64,000 nucleotides of DNA from Deltaproteobacteria bacterium (lineage in GTDB: Bacteria; Desulfobacterota; Binatia; Binatales; Binataceae): positions 3,835 to 67,834 of the forward strand of contig JAJYYI010000127.1 of NCBI GenBank assembly GCA_021801125.1, read 5' to 3'. Positions 33,181 to 42,120 of this stretch are shown one piece after another. Positions within the stretch are counted from its first letter, which is position 1. The number at the start of each line of letters is the position of its first letter. The notes below the pieces were generated by a model that saw only the letters and a program-made list of their open reading frames with translations, had not been told where the DNA came from and did no database searches. A program made the translations under genes and the position numbers.

Positions 33181-33536
33181 GTCACGTCAGCCGCCGCCTG
33201 CCCTTGGCTTCGCCCGGCGCAACCTTCCCTCACGGCTGCAGCTCGCCGGTCGCGGAGCATACGGAAAGCCCGTTGCTTCTCGCCTGCGCTGTCCCGTCAA
33301 GCCTGATCATCGCCGCGTTGACCATGGGCCGGGTCGCATCCGGCGTGAGACCAAACGCTCCCATGCCGCCCGATCCGAAGAGCGCCATATTCGGCTAGAC
33401 GCACGCGCTTTTCACCTTTTAATTGGTGGTCGTATACAACCCTACGCTCACCCTTCGAGCCGCCTGGAGACGTGGTCATAACCCGTCTTGCGGCGAACTT
33501 TGAAGCGGGGCGTAGGCCGGCTACCGTGGGCAACTA

Positions 33537-34397
33537 TCAACGCGCTATGGTAGCTCTCAGTGACGCGCCTGCCACACCCCCAACAGAGGCGCCGAAGATT
33601 GCGCCGACGCACGAGCTGGCGGCGAGCTCCAGTGGCAGCGAAGCGCAGCGAAGCAGACCTCCAGGAAGGCGAAGCAGCAGAAAGAGACCAGCTACACCTA
33701 CGCCGAAGACGACGGGACCGGACCGAGTCCGTATTTGGGTTACAAACGCCGCTAAAAACACCGGCAACGATGAGTAAAGCCCGCTCACCGCGAAGTAGAG
33801 TGCTTCATCCCGAGGATTGTCAAACGCGGTGTTGACCCATGCGCTCGTTCTACAATACTCCAGCAAATGATTCATCGAACACGAAGCGCACAGACCCAAG
33901 AAAAGACCCATCGCGATGAGGCCCCCAAGCGCCGCCCACGATGCAGTGATTCCAAGGGGCAGCTTTTTATACCGCACGACTACCAGCGCTACCCCTACGT
34001 AGAGCGCGTTCCACAGCGCGCCGACGCTCAGTAGCGTTGGCGGTGCAAAAGCCGAGAGGCGGGCGTCTCGTTGTACAATCCAGGCCGACGCGACCGAAAA
34101 CAGCACGCCAACCAGAATGGAGAACAAGGCGGAGCGCCGGGCCTGCACCCGCTTTCTGTTGCCGGCCACGACCTCCAGGTCGGTGAGAATTTGCGCGCGC
34201 AGCGTCTGCGCCGCAGACGCCGGCACTTCCTGCTGGCGGAGCGTTCCCAGTCTTTGCCAAACCAATTGCATTTCGATCCACTTCAACTGGCATCGCACGC
34301 ACGATCGTAGATGTTCGTCGAGCTCTGCGCTCAAAGAGGTCTCGCCAACGCTTAGAATATCCATCAGCTCGATCTGAATACGCGCACAGTTATCCAC
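33537..34397 (-). CDS. Zinc-binding (zf-HC2/ZAS) polytopic membrane anti-sigma factor
   Basis: N-terminal C...HLRSCVRC motif followed by about six hydrophobic segments; lies downstream of a sigma-gene remnant. Confidence 0.8.
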   Translation of the reverse strand: MDNCARIQIELMDILSVGETSLSAELDEHLRSCVRCQLKWIEMQLVWQRLGTLRQQEVPASAAQTLRAQILTDLEVVAGNRKRVQARRSALFSILVGVLFSVASAWIVQRDARLSAFAPPTLLSVGALWNALYVGVALVVVRYKKLPLGITASWAALGGLIAMGLFLGLCASCSMNHLLEYCRTSAWVNTAFDNPRDEALYFAVSGLYSSLPVFLAAFVTQIRTRSGPVVFGVGVAGLFLLLRLPGGLLRCASLPLELAASSCVGAIFGASVGGVAGASLRATIAR

Positions 34398-34516
34398 GGG
34401 CCACCTGGTATCGCGCCTCGGAGATTCAACCAGCGATGAAAGTATCGCAACACGAGATCTTCGGACTCTTTAACGAGCGAAGATGCGCATACGTTTAAGA
34501 CGTTACACTGGCCTGC

Positions 34517-34698
34517 TCATTCGCCATGCAGCGCAAGCTTGACGCGCAACCGCGTGAGCGCGCCGTCGTTCGTTGCGCACGGTGAGTAATAAAAACGCTG
34601 GCCGCATAGCGTCGGAACAGTTCTTCGAAAGCGCAGCTGTCGCCGTCGACGTACAGGACCATGAGTGCACCATCCGAACGATGCTCGTACGTCTTCAT
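34517..34698 (-). pseudogene. ECF sigma factor remnant (390-bp deletion plus 1-nt frameshift)
   Basis: MKTYEHRSDGALMVLYVDGDSCAFEELFRR in one frame and ATNDGALTRLRVKLALHGE in another; 182 nt versus 573 nt for the intact copy. Confidence 0.9.
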
Positions 34699-34705
34699 CG
34701 TAACC

Positions 34706-34731
34706 AAACGAGGCTGGGCGGCAAAAGTTAC
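34706..34731 (-). promoter_or_regulatory. ECF-type promoter GTAAC-N16-CGTTT retained upstream of pseudo-sigma and anti-sigma
   Basis: Same elements and spacing as 37821..37846. Confidence 0.7.
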
Positions 34732-35340
34732 CGGACCGCGAAATTCGCGACCCAGATGAAAGCCCACTCACTCTGGCGATGTTGAGCGCGCGACGTTACC
34801 GTTGGCAGGTTACGAAGATCACGCCTTCCCTCGCTTAAACGAACCATCGCTGTGCCGGTACACGCGTCCGTAGCCTCGCCTTCGGCTGTTGGGTCAGACT
34901 ATGCCTTGCGCTTGCGGGGCTCGGCAGACCATAAGGACTACTAGTTCGCCGCCGCCTCTCGCGCACGCATCGACGAATAGCGATTCCCGCGAGGTCCCGA
35001 GCGGCGCCGGGAGCTAAATGCTTCCAGCCGCACGGTTAAGCGGAGCGCCTCGACGACCGGTGCTATTAAATCCGTCCCAAATCGCGCGCATGGCCTCCAT
35101 TGCAAAAATGCTAAGTACCTAGACTAACCTGCATTTTTCTGGCGCGAGCACCGGCACGGCATGCCGTCTAGCGCAAACTACGCCGCGGCGACGAGGCTCT
35201 CGCACGCTTGGCGGCTACTTCCCTTGAAAGGACGCGGCTTACGGGCCTCGTCGTTCCACCCAAGACAACGGCCTCCTGAGCGCGGACTTTTCTGCTTCAC
35301 CACGGCTGCGGCAATAACCTCAGAAAGTCAGGGCAACGAT

Positions 35341-35366
35341 GTAACTTTCAAGCCGCTTTGCCGTTA
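35341..35366 (+). promoter_or_regulatory. ECF-type promoter GTAAC-N16-CGTTA upstream of the outer-membrane channel gene
   Basis: GTAACTTTCAAGCCGCTTTGCCGTTA shares GTAACTTT-N13-CGTT with the sigma promoter. Confidence 0.65.
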
Positions 35367-35502
35367 TAAAGGGCCGGAATTCAAATTTCCTGCGTCCGGG
35401 ACGGCTTCGCGGCGAGCGGGTGCGTGGGTGGTAGGGTACGCGTAGTCGTAGCCACGCGAGTCAGCTTACCTGGTCGCCGGATGCCGAAAACTAAAAGGAG
35501 GT

Positions 35503-36618
35503 ATGCACATGAAAGTGCATAGGTTTTTGGCGATCTTAGCGCTGGCGGGTGGGTTAGGACTGACCTTCATAGGCGCCGCCAACGCACAGGTCGGCGTGGG
35601 TTCAATATACAGCTACAGGGGCGTAGGCTTTACGCCTTCTGCACCGGTTCCGCAAAGCACCGGTCTTGGGACATACTACAACTTTTTCAACAACGAGGAC
35701 GCCGACCTCTACGGACTGCCGGCGAATCTGCTCTTCGGCGCGTGGTTCAGCACCTATATTAGCGACGGCGCCTTCATGGGCCCCAACGGTAGCAAGGTGG
35801 CCGGCGCACCAAACGGCGGCAACGTGTGGGCAAACGTCGCGTATATCAACTGGATCTATCCACTCCAGTTCGATACCCCAAGCTTCCGGGTGGCATTCAA
35901 CGCCTTTATGCCTATAATCGCGGCCAGCACCGAAGTTGCGGGACCGACGGAGTTTTGGTTCACCCCGCTTGAAATGTTCTACTCGTACCACCAATTCCGC
36001 TTCCTGCGTGATTCCACGTTTTTCGGCCCTTACCTCTCGCTGCCGGTCGGCGGAGGGTTCGGTTTTACTCCGGCTAACGGCCAGGTCAACCAGTACAACT
36101 TCGCGTGGTTAATGGAAGGTTGGTACCAATTCCAACACATGGATGAACTGGCGCTGGGCAACATGGGCCTCGGTTGGCTCAACACCTTGGAGTTCCAGCC
36201 ATGGTTCTCTTATAACCACCAGCTCAATACCACGCCGAATTTGCCGGCGAGTGCCGTATTCAGCACTGCCGGTGCAGCTCAGTTGGGGATTCCGGGAACG
36301 CAGCTCGGGGGCTACATGCCCGGGGATAACATCGACGCGGGCGGTATCTTCAGCTATGGCCTGAAGCAGCTAAACCCCGCACTCAAGAACTGGCGTATCG
36401 GCATGGTGTTCGACAGCGACTTCAGCGTGTTCCAGAACACCTGGGCCGGTGCTCCGATTAAAAACACCGCGGTCGAGATGGTGGACGTAGGGCCCAGCAT
36501 CCAGTACGCCAAGGGCGACTTCGTGTTGTGGTTCTACTACACCACTAACGTGCACACCCAAAACTACTACGGCTTGCAGCAGTTCTTCCTCCAGCTCTAC
36601 TACTTCTTCAACCTGTGA
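35503..36618 (+). CDS. Outer-membrane beta-barrel, probably COG4313/SphA (Phenol_MetA_deg)-like channel
   Basis: Strong AAGGAGGT RBS; signal peptide ending ANA; aromatic-rich alternating strands; YMPGD...SY...WRIG...VGPSIQY...N...FFLQLYYFF resembles the COG4313 C-terminal half (recalled pattern, not searched). Confidence 0.7.
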   Translation: MHMKVHRFLAILALAGGLGLTFIGAANAQVGVGSIYSYRGVGFTPSAPVPQSTGLGTYYNFFNNEDADLYGLPANLLFGAWFSTYISDGAFMGPNGSKVAGAPNGGNVWANVAYINWIYPLQFDTPSFRVAFNAFMPIIAASTEVAGPTEFWFTPLEMFYSYHQFRFLRDSTFFGPYLSLPVGGGFGFTPANGQVNQYNFAWLMEGWYQFQHMDELALGNMGLGWLNTLEFQPWFSYNHQLNTTPNLPASAVFSTAGAAQLGIPGTQLGGYMPGDNIDAGGIFSYGLKQLNPALKNWRIGMVFDSDFSVFQNTWAGAPIKNTAVEMVDVGPSIQYAKGDFVLWFYYTTNVHTQNYYGLQQFFLQLYYFFNL

Positions 36619-36648
36619 GCCTCGCGCTGGCCGCTGCAGCAGAAAACG

Positions 36649-36668
36649 GGCTTCGTGCGGAAGCTTTT
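36649..36668 (+). terminator. Possible intrinsic terminator
   Basis: GCTTC-GTGCG-GAAGC-TTTT, 30 nt after the stop codon. Confidence 0.4.
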
Positions 36669-37240
36669 GAGAGGCTGAGCCACCGGAGGTAAGCATCGCG
36701 ATTCCGCTCGCGGCGCCCGCACGAGCGACCCCGCGGTTAAACGGTTTTCCGCCGGCCCACCCGCTTCTAAGGGACCTCCTCCCGAACGGAAGTGGAAGGT
36801 AAGCGGGGTCGCTCGTGCGGGCGCCGCCTTACTTTTGGCCTTGCCACGCGAGCAAACGTGAGCAACAAAACTCGGCGTGATTTTATGTTAGTGATCCCGA
36901 GGTGCCCTGCCGCCCACATGGGCACCCGGCGTAACGCCGTTATCTATTTCAAAATCTCTTCTATCCCGAATTTCCGATATAGGCCCAGCCGGTCAAGGCC
37001 GTATAAAGCACAAACTTTGACCGTCACGCAAACGGTAGGACACTTCTTATCGCGCGGACTCGGGCTCGCCGACGAACTGAGGAGACGTGCGACATTGCGT
37101 GGGCCTACGCCAGGCGGTCCATCTCCGGCTGGCAGTCAGAGAGCGCATCTCCTCTAGCGATAACAGTATCCGCGACTTGAGATCTCGGACTCTTTAGCCG
37201 GCGACGTCGCGCATACTTTTGAGATGCTGCACCACCATGC

Positions 37241-37813
37241 TCATTCGGCGTGCAGCGCAAGCTTGACGCGCAGCTGCGTGAGCGCGCGGAACAATCTCAC
37301 CTTTACCGCTCCTTGCGAAATCCCCAGCACGCCGGCTATCTCCGCGTTGCTCAACCCATGGTAGCGGCTCAAAAGCACCACCTCGCGCATCCCTTCCGGC
37401 AACGCAGCGATCGCCTGCTCTAAAACTCGGCCCGTCTCGGCGGCGACCGCCATCGCCTCCGGGGAAGGCGCAGTGACCGCGTCGCTCGCGTGATCCGTCT
37501 CAGCCTCCTCAGCTTTGCTAGTCGTGCGATGCTTGTGCTCGGCTCCGCTTCGTTCATCCCGCAGAAGATTCGTGGCGATAGTAAATAGAAACGTCTTAAA
37601 GAATCCGGCGCGATAGCTCTTGCGGCTGCGATGCAGGTGCAGGAAGGTCGCCTGAAAAAGGTCTTCCGCAAGCGCGCGATCGTTCGTTGCGCGCAGTAAG
37701 TAGCTAAAAACGCTGGCCGCGTGGCGTCTGAACAGTTCCTCGAAGGCTAGGCTGTCACCGTCGGCGTACAGGACCATGAGTGCATCATCCGAACTCTCCT
37801 GGTACGTCTTCAT
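37241..37813 (-). CDS. ECF RNA polymerase sigma-70 factor
   Basis: Region 2 GDSLAFEELFRRH...AEDLFQATF...FTIATN; region 4 AIAALPEGMREVVLLSRYHGLSNAEIAGVLGISQGAVKVRLFRA. Confidence 0.95.
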   Translation of the reverse strand: MKTYQESSDDALMVLYADGDSLAFEELFRRHAASVFSYLLRATNDRALAEDLFQATFLHLHRSRKSYRAGFFKTFLFTIATNLLRDERSGAEHKHRTTSKAEEAETDHASDAVTAPSPEAMAVAAETGRVLEQAIAALPEGMREVVLLSRYHGLSNAEIAGVLGISQGAVKVRLFRALTQLRVKLALHAE

Positions 37814-37820
37814 CGTAACC

Positions 37821-37846
37821 AAACGAGGCTGCGCGGCAAAAGTTAC
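37821..37846 (-). promoter_or_regulatory. Autoregulatory ECF promoter, probably giving a leaderless sigma mRNA
   Basis: GTAAC-TTTTGCCGCGCAGCCT-CGTTT-GGTTACG-ATG: ATG sits 7 nt after the -10 element and there is no SD. Confidence 0.7.
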
Positions 37847-38180
37847 CGGACCGCGAAATTCATGACCCGGGTAACCGCCCACTCACTTTGCCGTCGTCGA
37901 GCGCGGGACCTTACCATCGGCAGATTACGAAGATGAACCCTTCCAAGTTAAACGAATCGCTGATGCCTCAGTGTGGAACAATCTTCTGCACCTCATTACC
38001 AATCCCCCATCTTGCTGATCTCTTCACGGTTCGCTCGGAAACCAGACGGTCGAACTCCAATCTCGTGCTTAGAGAATGAGCGACGGAAAGTGCGTCTCGA
38101 ACTGCGAAAGCTTTCGACGCGATCCGCTTTGCGACCTCATGATCCGTTCCATTGATGAGCTATAAAGCCGCGAATAGTTC

Positions 38181-38228
38181 GGGGCGGGGCGCGCTGCCTT
38201 AGCCGAATCGGGCAGCGCACCCCGCCCC
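38181..38228 (-). terminator. 18-bp GC stem-loop immediately 3' of the small secreted protein gene
   Basis: Minus strand GGGGCGGGGTGCGCTGCC...GGCAGCGCGCCCCGCCCC (one G-U pair); U-tail is weak. Confidence 0.55.
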
Positions 38229-38237
38229 ATTTGCACC

Positions 38238-38579
38238 TCAGTTAGTGCGAGATGTAGCCCTCGAGTGGCTTACTACATCCGTCTGGCTGGAGCGCTCCGA
38301 GCTCCAGTCTCCTCCCCATTTGGGGCCGTAGGCGTCGATGTCACCTTGATGAAGGGGAGCAAAGTTCCGACCTTGAGTGAGATCGATGCCCCACTTGCCG
38401 TGGTAATTGTAATCAGCGTCTGGAGCGGAAATGGGCGGCGCAGCCTCCCCGGAGTTGTGGAGCGAGAGGGAGCCTTCGCATGAGCCCCAACAACCAGCGT
38501 AAGAGGGACCAACCGCCGCTGCGAAAAGAGCGCTCGCGGCGAGAGTCACAATCTTTCGTTTAACCGACTTGCGATCCAT
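38238..38579 (-). CDS. Small secreted protein of unknown function
   Basis: GGAGG upstream; Sec signal MDRKSVKRKIVTLAASALFAAAVGPSYA; mature part begins GCWGSC; strong 3' hairpin. Confidence 0.7.
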   Translation of the reverse strand: MDRKSVKRKIVTLAASALFAAAVGPSYAGCWGSCEGSLSLHNSGEAAPPISAPDADYNYHGKWGIDLTQGRNFAPLHQGDIDAYGPKWGGDWSSERSSQTDVVSHSRATSRTN

Positions 38580-39691
38580 AAAGTTCTCATGCCTCCGTCA
38601 GCGAAATCCTCGGCTTCGAACCGCTCACACCGTCAGCCTGAGGGCCGAAAGCGCAACAGCTCGGAAGACCGCGGTTCGCGATCCAACCGATGGCTTGACC
38701 TGATGTCTTGGCTTTGAACGCCACGGCAAAGCCCCGGCGGGCTTCGCCCAAACGGCGCGGATGAAGACGACCGCGGCGCACGTCCGAAGCGCACGCCGCC
38801 CACGGCCTCCACGGACCCTTCGACCAGCGCTGAGGCGTAGACCAAACGGTCCTTAGCCTTCCGCAAAGGCTAGCGCTGGCGACGGGGCCTCAGATTAGAA
38901 CGGTCCTAAGACGCACCTCGCTTTTCCTAGCACGATAGGCGAGGGTACCGGTGAGAGGGGTTGAAGGCCGCGCAACGCCGTTTAGGCGTGGCGCACAATG
39001 ACGCCGTCAGAATCACACGTATGGGAACGCGGGAGTTCCCGACAGCGCACGCGCTCGGTTAGCGCTAGATTGCGATCGGCGTCAGACGACCGTTTAAAGG
39101 AGGCGCGCTGATCCCCCTCCTCGAACCGCACGCACCGGTCCGAACGCCGTCGAGATTCGACCTGCGCCGCGACGCGATGAGGCAACGTGTTGGGGACCTC
39201 GGAGATAGCGCGACGCACCGGACCGTAGTGGATAAAGCCGTCAACCGCCATCGAGCGGAAGGCCCGGCCGGGACGCGGCACCACTTGAGTGAGTAGTAGC
39301 AGGATGACTAGGACGAAAACGCCGCGCGAACAACGCCGCCTATTAACGACTATCCCCATACAGCGAAAGGACAGCATAGACGCTATCCCGGACCAATTAG
39401 TTTAGGATTACCCAAAGAACATTGCAAGCTGTATTTACCTTGGCAAAATGCGGTATCGGCGCAAGCGCCAAGGCTTCCCAAGGCAAGGCTTTATGGCCGC
39501 TCGGGCAAAAGTTGCGAGCGCTCTCGCGGGTTTGACCGGGGAGCTTTGATGCTCCGCGCTCGACCTTGCAACTCCGCTTAGGCACTCGGGACTCGGCGCC
39601 CGCCGTCGCCACCGAGCAGGGGTACCCGCGCAAATCTTACCGGCTCAATGGCGTCACGTTATCGGCGCGCTCGCGTCCGCGTCGCGACTCG

Positions 39692-40246
39692 CTAGCGGCC
39701 GCGCAGACGGTCGAGGATGATTGCGGATGCTGCGCGCACCGACAGATGGTTGTAGTCGGTGGGACCACGCAGCGCCGACAGCACAACGTCGGCGCGTTGA
39801 GCGAGCGCCGGCGCAAGACCGAAGCCGGTGCCGAATAAAAGCATCACGGGTGCGCCCTCGCCCTCTATCCGCTGGCGCAGGACGTCGTACGCGAGTCCTT
39901 CGTTGGTACGGGCGGACGTCAGAACGAGCAGCGGTCGCGCCCCGGCGCGAAGCGTTGCATCATCAATGGCTTCGTCCAAATCCGCCACTACCTCGATTAG
40001 TCTCAGCGCGCGCTGGCGCCTTGCATCGAGCACGCGTCCTTGACCGGTGATCCAGTGGTCGATAACCGTGCTCGCAAACGCGCGTTGTTCGGGCACCGGA
40101 TGCACGACGTACGCCGTGCGAACACCATAAGTGAGTGCCGAGCGCGCCAGGTCGTGAATATCGAGGCTGGTGATCGCGCTTGCAATCACTCTCTCGCGGC
40201 GATCGAGCACCGGATGATGAAGTAATGCGACAAAAAGTTCAGCCAT
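39692..40246 (-). CDS. SPOUT-class RNA methyltransferase (TrmD-associated type)
   Basis: LFVALLHHPV, TSLDIHDLARSALTYG, LLFGTGFGL, YNHLSVRAASAIILDRL. Confidence 0.9.
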   Translation of the reverse strand: MAELFVALLHHPVLDRRERVIASAITSLDIHDLARSALTYGVRTAYVVHPVPEQRAFASTVIDHWITGQGRVLDARRQRALRLIEVVADLDEAIDDATLRAGARPLLVLTSARTNEGLAYDVLRQRIEGEGAPVMLLFGTGFGLAPALAQRADVVLSALRGPTDYNHLSVRAASAIILDRLRGR

Positions 40247-40466
40247 CTGGGGAGCCATCCGCAGGCCGGCTCTCTCGCCCACCAACGGGCAGCATTTGGT
40301 AAGATTAATCTTCGCAGCTTTACAAATGCGCGGCGCTCCAAAGAGTTTACCCGCCCCGAGTCCTCAATACGAGCAGGCCACCTCCAGCCGCTCATTCACG
40401 ACGCAGCGCCCAAAGCGAACGACGAATGGAACTTTCCAGACACAACGACCGCTTGGGTTTTGCCGC

Positions 40467-40483
40467 ATTACCTCGCAAGTAAT
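40467..40483. promoter_or_regulatory. Palindromic operator candidate ATTAC-N7-GTAAT upstream of the XRE regulator
   Basis: ATTACCTCGCAAGTAAT, about 40 nt upstream of the regulator's ATG. Confidence 0.5.
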
Positions 40484-40525
40484 CGCCGGTGGCGCGACAC
40501 CCTGCTATGACTGTAGCTACGCAGG

Positions 40526-41396
40526 ATGGTCGTGACGGAACGGCAGTCGAAGCCGCGGCGTGGGACCGCTCCTGCGCCGCTGGCGAGAAGCGCGCCATCT
40601 GAGTCAGCTCGACCTCGTGCTGGAGGCGGCGGTGTCCGCGCGCCATATCAGTTTTCTCGAAACTGGACGGGCGCAGCCGAGCAGAGAGATGCCTTTGACG
40701 CCGGCCAACGTGCTCGACGTGCCTTTCCGCGAACGAAACTTCCTGTTGCTCGCGGCAAGCTACGTGCTGTTTTACGACGATACCGGTCTTGATCACCCGC
40801 GGATGGCCCACATGCGAAGCGTGGTCGACGCGACTCTAAAGGCGAACGACCCGCGCAGCGCAATAGCGCACGACCGTCACTGGAACATCGTGATGGCGAA
40901 CGAGGCCTTCGCTCGGTTCCTCACGGTCACCCTCGGTAAGAAACCGCCAGGGCTGGAGCCGCTGCAGGTCGCGGCGCATCCGCGCCTCAACTTGCTGCGT
41001 CGAATCTTCGACCTCAACGGTCTGCGCCGAAAGATCGTAAACTGGGAGCCGATCGCAAAATGGCTGCTCAACGAGGCCTACCGCCGTCTGGCATGGGCGC
41101 GAGAGGAAACGCTGAGGACGCTTATCGCCGAAATACTTAGCTACGTCGATGTCCCCTCGCGATGGCGCAAGCCCGACCTGGAGGCGCCGCATCAATTGAT
41201 CGTACCAATAGGGTTAAACCTGAACGGCGTGGTCGCTCGGATGTTCAGCACTGTCACCGCCGTCGCCAGCCCGCACGACGTCACGCCTCAGGAACTCCAC
41301 GTGGAGATTTTCTACGCGGCCAACGCCGAGAGCGAAAAGGCGTTGCACGCGTGCGAGAAACGAACGAGCGCCAGGCCCAAACAACTCCTCGAATGA
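40526..41396 (+). pseudogene. XRE-HTH / MmyB-like ligand-binding transcriptional regulator, probably decaying
   Basis: GPLLRRWREARHLSQLDL...VSARHISFLETGRAQPSREM and an MmyB-type C-terminus. ATG 40526 is out of frame with the body (open from 40560), and prolines fall in an expected helix (REMPLTPAN). Confidence 0.6.
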
Positions 41397-41520
41397 GACG
41401 CAGGCGGGCGCCGTGAGAACCCGTCTTTGAAGGCGAATCTTCGGACGTGATCGCTCGCGCGCGGGGATCATCAACCTAGCGCGCAACGAACCTGGCGCGC
41501 AACGCGCCGGCCACTAATCG

Positions 41521-41991
41521 CTAGGCATCAGCGCCCTTCTGATGAGCCCGCAGCAACAGGGCTACTCCGATTCCCCACGCGCCGTTTATCAAGAGCCCGG
41601 TTACCATCCGCGCCGCATGCCATCCAGCGGCTACCGGCAGGCCCTTCAAGGGAAAGACGACAAACCACGCCACCAGCGTTGGTCCAAGCGCACCGAACAG
41701 CAGCGCAAGAACCCAATACAAGCCGCCGACCGGAAACCATGGCTCGGCGGCCACAAAGGCGACGCCCCAAATTCCTCCCCAGAAGGCGAGCGACCACACC
41801 TGAGGCACACCCAGAGGCCATGTCGGCTGCATCGGAAACGGCTTGAAAGCGGCTATTCCCAGGGCGTCAAGCAGCGTGAGCATTCCCTGGTGGAAAACCA
41901 TCACCGCCAAGAATCCCGCCGCGAAACCCGCCAGGTATCGCGCAAGGCCCACCCCTGAACTCCGTTGAGAAGAAGAATGGCTCGTCGACAT
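41521..41991 (-). CDS. Hypothetical membrane protein (about 4 TM)
   Basis: GFAAGFLAVMVFHQG, PLGVPQVWSLAFWGGIWG, PTLVAWFVVFPLKG; hydrophobic; GGGAAG upstream. Confidence 0.8.
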   Translation of the reverse strand: MSTSHSSSQRSSGVGLARYLAGFAAGFLAVMVFHQGMLTLLDALGIAAFKPFPMQPTWPLGVPQVWSLAFWGGIWGVAFVAAEPWFPVGGLYWVLALLFGALGPTLVAWFVVFPLKGLPVAAGWHAARMVTGLLINGAWGIGVALLLRAHQKGADA

Positions 41992-42120
41992 AATCTTCCC
42001 CTACCCAACGTGGAATATTGTGATCATATAGAACTCCGCCTCTGTTAGGTATGAAAGACGTTGCCCTATTAACTGGCTCGCCCGAGCGCCGCCCAGCGCA
42101 TCAACGGCGCCGCGCCTCGG

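Larger units (their letters stand above)
34432..34850. repeat. Diverged direct duplication of 37156..37965 (sigma gene plus flanks) with internal deletion
   Basis: Visual alignment, e.g. CATCGTAACCAAACGAGGCTG.GCGGCAAAAGTTACCGGACCGCGAAATTC and TGCAGCGCAAGCTTGACGCGCA are shared by both copies. Confidence 0.9.

Noticed and set aside
36792..37157. ORF containing Tat-like TRRDFM
   Set aside because: No hydrophobic region or RBS; composition looks non-coding.
38982..39377. 131-aa ORF with one hydrophobic stretch
   Set aside because: Arg-rich with no recognisable motif or RBS; cannot be supported as a gene.
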